Under the pieces are notes generated by a model. That model saw only the letters and a list, made by a program, of their open reading frames with translations. It was not told the DNA's origin and made no database searches. Position numbers and translations under genes: made by a program. Of a stretch of DNA of 64,000 nucleotides, positions 58,801 through 64,000 are shown in pieces; position 1 is the first letter of the stretch; every line of letters starts with the position of its first letter. The stretch comes from Eledone cirrhosa (Eukaryota): positions 139,624,001-139,688,000 of the forward strand of contig OZ024743.1 of the NCBI GenBank assembly GCA_964016885.1. Direction: 5' to 3'.

Positions 58801-61800
58801 CAAACAACAAGCACCAGCACCAAACACCAAACACCAAGCACGCATCACCAAGCACCAAGCACCAAGCACCAAACACCAAGCACCAAGCACCAAGCACCAA
58901 ACACCAAACACCAAACACCAAGCACCAAGAACCAAACACCAAACACCAAACAGCAAGCAGCAAGCACCAAACACCAAACACCAAGCACCAAGCACCAAAT
59001 ACCAAACACCAAGCACCAAGGACCAAACATCAAACACCAAGCACCAAGCACCAAACGCCTAACACCAAGCACCAAGCACCAAGCACCAATCACCAAACAC
59101 CAAGCACCAATCACCAAACACCAAGCACCAAGCACCAAACACCAAGCACCAGGCACCAAGCACCAAACACCAAGCACCAAGCACCAAACTACAAGCACCA
59201 AGACCGAAGCACCAAACACCAAGCACCAAGCACAAAGCACCAAGCACCAAGCACCAAAAACCAAACACCAAGCACCAAGTACCAAACACCAAGCACCAAG
59301 CACCAAACACCAAGCACCAAGCACCAATCACCAAACACCAAGAACCAAGCACCAAATACCAAGCACCAAGCACCAAGCACCAGGCACCAAGCACCAAGCA
59401 CCAAACACAAAACACCAAGCACCAAGAACCAAGCAGCAAACACCAAGCATCAAACACCAAACACCAAACACCAAGCACCAAACACCAAGCACCAAGCACC
59501 AAACACCAAACACCAAGCACCAAGGACCCAGCACCAAACACCAAACACCAAGCACCAAACACCAGATACCAAGCACCAAGCACCAAACACCAAACTCCAA
59601 GCACCAAGCACCAAACACCAAACAACAAGCACCAGGCACCAAACACCAAACACCAAGCACCAAGCACCAAACACCAAACACCAAGCACGCAGCATCAAAC
59701 ACCAAGCACCAAGCACCAAGCACCAAATACCAAGCACCAAGCACCAAACACCAACCACCAAACACAAAGCACCAAGCACCAAACACCAAGCACCAAGCAC
59801 CAAACACCAAGCACCAAGCACCAAACACTAATCACCAAGCACCAAGCACCAAACAACAAGCACCAAGCACCAAGCACTAGGCACCAAGCAGCAAGCACCA
59901 AACACTAATCACCAAGCACCAAGCACCAAGCACCAAACACCAAGCACCAAGCACCAAACACCAAACACCAAGCACCAAGCACCAAACACCAAGCACCAAG
60001 GACCACACATCAAACACCAAGCACCAAGCACCAAACACCTAACACCAAGCACCAAGCACCAAGCACCAAGCACCGAACACCAAGCACCAAACACCAAGCA
60101 CCAAACACCAAGCACCAAGCACCAAACACCAAGCACCAAACACCAAGCACCAAACACCAAGCACCAAAAACCAAACACCAAGCACCAACTACTAAGAACC
60201 AAGCACCAAGCACCAAACACCAAGCACCAAGCACCAAACACCAAACACCAAGAACCAAGCACCAAACACAAAGCACCAAGGACCAAGCACCAGGCACCAA
60301 GCACCAAGCACCAAACACCAAGCATCAAACACCAAACACCAAACACCAAGCACCAAACACCAAGCACAAAGCACCAAACACCAAACACCAAGCACAAAGC
60401 ACCAAACAACAAGCACCAGGCACCAGGCACCAAGCACCAAACACCAAACACCAAGCACGCAGCATCAAACACCAAGCACCAAGCACAAAGCACCAAACAC
60501 CAAGCACCAAGCACCAAGCACCAAGCACCAAACACCAAACACCAAGCACCAAACACCAGCCACCATGCACCAAGCACCAAACACCAAACACCAAGCACTA
60601 AGCACCAAACACCAAACAACAAGCACCAGGCACCAAGCACCAAACACCAAACACCAAGCACGCATCACCAAGCACCAAGCACCAAGCACCAAACACCAAG
60701 CACCAAGCACCAAGCACCAAACACCAAACACCAAACACCAAGCACCAAGCACCAAACACCAAGCACCAAACACCAAACCCCAAGCACCAATCACAAAACA
60801 CTAATCACCAAGCACCAAGCACCAAACACCGAGCACCAAGCATCAAGCACCAAACACCAAGCACCAAGCACCAAGCACCAAGCACCAAACACCAAACACC
60901 AAGCACCAAACACCAAACCCCAAGCACCAAAGACCAAGCACCAAGCACCAAGGACCAAACACCAAGCACCAAGGACCAAGCAACAAACACCAAGCACCAA
61001 GCACCAAACACCCAGCACCAACCACCCAGCACCAAGCACCAAGCACCAAACACCAAGCACCAAACACCAAACACCAAGCACCTAGCACCAAGCGCCAAGC
61101 ACCAAACACCAGCACCAATCACCAAGGACCAAACACCAAGCAGCAAGCAGCAAGCACCAAACACCAAACACCAAGCACCAAGCACCAAACACCAAGCACC
61201 AAGGACCACACATCAAACACCAAGCACCAAGCACCAAACACCTAACACCAAGCACCAAGCACCAAGCACCGAACACCAAGCACCAAACACCAAGAACCAA
61301 ACACCAAGCACCAAGCACCAAACACCAAGCACCAAACACCAAGCACCAAACACGAAGCACCAAAAACCAAACACCAAGCACCAACTACTAAACACCAAGC
61401 ACCAAGCACCAAACACCAAGCACCAAGCACCAAACACCAAACACCAAGAACCAAGCACCAAACACAAAGCACCAAGGACCAAGCACCAGGCACCAAGCAC
61501 CAAGCACCAAACACAAAACACCAAGCACCAAGCACCAAGCAGCAAACACCAAGCATCAAACACCAAACACCAAACACCAAGCACCAAACACCAAGCACAA
61601 AGCACCAAACACCAAACACCAAGCACCAAGCACCAAACAACAAGCACCAGGCACCAGGCACCAAGCACCAAACACCAAACACCAAGCACGCAGCATCAAA
61701 CACCAAGCACCAAGCACAAAGCACCAAACACCAAGCACCAAGCACCAAGCACCAAGCACCAAACACCAAACACCAAGCACCAAACACCAGCCACCATGCA

Positions 61801-64000
61801 CCAAGCACCAAACACCAAACACCAAGCACTAAGCACCAAACACCAAACAACAAGCACCAGGCACCAAGCACCAAACACCAAACACCAAGCACGCATCACC
61901 AAGCACCAAGCACCAAGCACCAAACACCAAGCACCAAGCACCAAGCACCAAACACCAAACACCAAACACCAAGCACCAAGCACCAAACACCAAGCACCAA
62001 TCACAAAACACTAATCACCAAGCACCAAGCACCAAACACCGAGCACCAAGCATCAAGCACCAAACACCAAGCAACAAACACCGAGCACCAAGCATCAAGC
62101 ACCAAACACCAAGCACCAAGCACCAAACACCAAAACCCAAGCACCAAAGACCAAGCACCAAGCACCAAGGACCAAACACCAAGCAGCAAGCAGCAAGCAC
62201 CAAACACCAAACACCAAGCACCAAGCACCAAACACCAAGCACCAAGGACCAAACATCAAACACCAAGCACCAAGCACCAAACACCTAACACCAAGCACCA
62301 AGAACCAAGCACCAAGCACCGAACACCAAGCACATAACACCAAGCACCAAACACCAAGCACCAAGCACCAAACACCAAGCACCAAACACCAAGCACCAAG
62401 CACCAAGCACCAAACACCAAGCACCATGCACCAAGCACCAAGCCCCAAACACTTAACACCAAGCACCAAGCACCAAGCACCAAACACCAATCACCAAAAA
62501 CCAAACACCAAGTACCAAGTACCAAACACCAAGCACCAAGCACCAAACACCAACCACCAAACACAAAGCACCAAGCACCAAGCACCAAGCACCATACACC
62601 AAACACCAAGCACCAAACACCAGCCACCATGCACCAAGCACCAAACACCAAACACCAAGCACTAAGCACCAAACACCAAACAACAAGCACCAGCACCAAA
62701 CACCAAACACCAAGCACGCATCACCAAGCACCAAGCACCAAGCACCAAACACCAAGCACCAAGCACCAAGCACCAAACACCAAACACCAAACACCAAGCA
62801 CCAAGAACCAAACACCAAACACCAAACAGCAAGCAGCAAGCACCAAACACCAAACACCAAGCACCAAGCACCAAATACCAAACACCAAGCACCAAGGACC
62901 AAACATCAAACACCAAGCACCAAGCACCAAACGCCTAACACCAAGCACCAAGCACCAAGCACCAATCACCAAACACCAAGCACCAATCACCAAACACCAA
63001 GCACCAAGCACCAAACACCAAGCACCAGGCACCAAGCACCAAACACCAAGCACCAAGCACCAAACTACAAGCACCAAGACCGAAGCACCAAACACCAAGC
63101 ACCAAGCACAAAGCACCAAGCACCAAGCACCAAAAACCAAACACCAAGCACCAAGTACCAAACACCAAGCACCAAGCACCAAACACCAAGCACCAAGCAC
63201 CAATCACCAAACACCAAGAACCAAGCACCAAATACCAAGCACCAAGCACCAAGCACCAGGCACCAAGCACCAAGCACCAAACACAAAACACCAAGCACCA
63301 AGAACCAAGCAGCAAACACCAAGCATCAAACACCAAACACCAAACACCAAGCACCAAACACCAAGCACCAAGCACCAAACACCAAACACCAAGCACCAAG
63401 GACCCAGCACCAAACACCAAACACCAAGCACCAAACACCAGATACCAAGCACCAAGCACCAAACACCAAACTCCAAGCACCAAGCACCAAACACCAAACA
63501 ACAAGCACCAGGCACCAAACACCAAACACCAAGCACCAAGCACCAAACACCAAACACCAAGCACGCAGCATCAAACACCAAGCACCAAGCACCAAGCACC
63601 AAATACCAAGCACCAAGCACCAAACACCAACCACCAAACACAAAGCACCAAGCACCAAACACCAAGCACCAAGCACCAAACACCAAGCACCAAGCACCAA
63701 ACACTAATCACCAAGCACCAAGCACCAAACAACAAGCACCAAGCACCAAGCACTAGGCACCAAGCAGCAAGCACCAAACACTAATCACCAAGCACCAAGC
63801 ACCAAGCACCAAACACCAAGCACCAAGCACCAAACACCAAACACCAAGCACCAAGCACCAAACACCAAGCACCAAGGACCACACATCAAACACCAAGCAC
63901 CAAGCACCAAACACCTAACACCAAGCACCAAGCACCAAGCACCAAGCACCGAACACCAAGCACCAAACACCAAGCACCAAACACCAAGCACCAAGCACCA
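58190..64000 (+). repeat. ~3.88-kb tandem duplication (second copy truncated by the window end) containing a 1231-bp internal duplication
   Basis: ORF pairs 58212/62095 (3883), and 58845/62721, 59059/62935, 59909/63785 (3876 = 554x7 - 2, two 1-bp deletions). Internal pairs 60325/61556 and 60565/61796 (1231 = 176x7 - 1). The marker GACCACA occurs at 60001, ~61204 and ~63877. Confidence 0.9.

Larger units (their letters stand above)
25686..62693 (+). other. Other phase-shifting units: CACAAG (-1) at 25686, 37161, 45856; CACCAAAA (+1) at 36852, 45547; CACCAG (-1) at 58812, 61107, 62688
   Basis: Read directly from the sequence. They account for the non-multiple-of-7 remainders in the duplication offsets. 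Confidence 0.88.
1..64000 (+). repeat. Tandem 7-bp satellite array, consensus CACCAAR (CACCAAG/CACCAAA; reverse YTTGGTG), ~9,140 units, running off both window edges
   Basis: Every line parses into heptamers. The first full unit starts at 4 (4 mod 7 = 4) and a unit starts at 63961 (mod 7 = 2). This matches the net +5 shift from 11 one-base insertions and 6 one-base deletions found by eye. No orientation switch or non-repeat insert was seen. Confidence 0.99.

Noticed and set aside
1410-62460. Recurrent TTAA (CACTTAA) or CTAG (CACCTAG) as transposon target sites or footprints
   Set aside because: They are in-phase substitution variants copied by duplication, with no inserted element or length change. 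They are useful only as MseI/BfaI mapping sites.
1387-63756. Plus-strand ATG ORFs up to 445 aa (e.g. 1387-2433, 40804-42072, 58543-59880) resembling mucin or low-complexity proteins
   Set aside because: The + strand is nearly T-free, so stops are rare by composition. Copies differ by 7- and 35-bp steps and 1-bp indels that shift frame, and there is no signal peptide or unique exon.
318-63994. Hundreds of minus-strand ORFs encoding hydrophobic WCLVLGA/WCLVFGV repeats that resemble membrane proteins
   Set aside because: They overlap in all three frames with the same peptide, use GTG/TTG starts supplied by the repeat, and contain no unique domain. They are an arithmetic consequence of a stop-free 7-bp unit.
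1-64000. CRISPR-like array or an information-storing repeat/spacer system
   Set aside because: There are no unique spacers, palindromic repeats, leader or cas genes. Sequence between the recurrent markers is the same heptamer, and the variation is explained by duplication.
1-64000. Bacterial heptamer repeats (cyanobacterial STRR-type) or a phase-variation locus
   Set aside because: Those arrays are typically short and embedded among genes; here there is 64 kb with no coding context.
1-64000. Low-complexity sequencing artefact or random synthetic sequence
   Set aside because: Rare substitutions and 1-bp indels are inherited consistently across nested duplications and the phase arithmetic closes exactly, which is unlike random error. 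Mis-assembly of individual large copies remains possible.
1-64000. Canonical G-quadruplex, i-motif or hairpin structures
   Set aside because: The consensus minus strand has only GG runs (longer runs only at isolated CCCC variants), and the T-poor single orientation gives no inverted repeats.
1-64000. Fungal RIP or methylation-driven C-to-T decay
   Set aside because: CpA-to-TpA variants (TACCAAA, CACTAAG) exist but are sparse despite two CpA per unit, and by eye are no more prominent than C-to-A and C-to-G variants.

Overview
The whole 64-kb window is one uninterrupted, single-orientation tandem satellite of a 7-bp unit, CACCAAR (CACCAAG and CACCAAA interleaved; minus strand YTTGGTG), about 9,140 units. 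I found no unique-sequence insert, inversion, gene, RNA gene, transposon or CRISPR array. The + strand is almost T-free and the - strand is G/T-rich. All ORFs in the track are translations of the repeat: because 7 is coprime with 3, every + frame reads HQ(A/T)P(S/N)TK and every - frame reads WCLV(L/F)G(A/V). Rare variant heptamers and 17 single-base indels act as barcodes that reveal nested, overlapping duplications of about 0.13-1.2, 2.6, 2.9, 3.9, 6.6, 8.3 and 8.7 kb. Their offsets equal 7n plus the net indels between copies. The array is therefore a mosaic higher-order satellite whose variant repertoire changes from left to right. It is probably eukaryotic heterochromatic, centromeric or (sub)telomeric DNA, but organism and function cannot be determined from this window. 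No protein-based novel system is supported; the interesting content is the array architecture. Duplication boundaries are approximate (about +/-100 bp) and were read by eye and from matching ORF-track coordinates.
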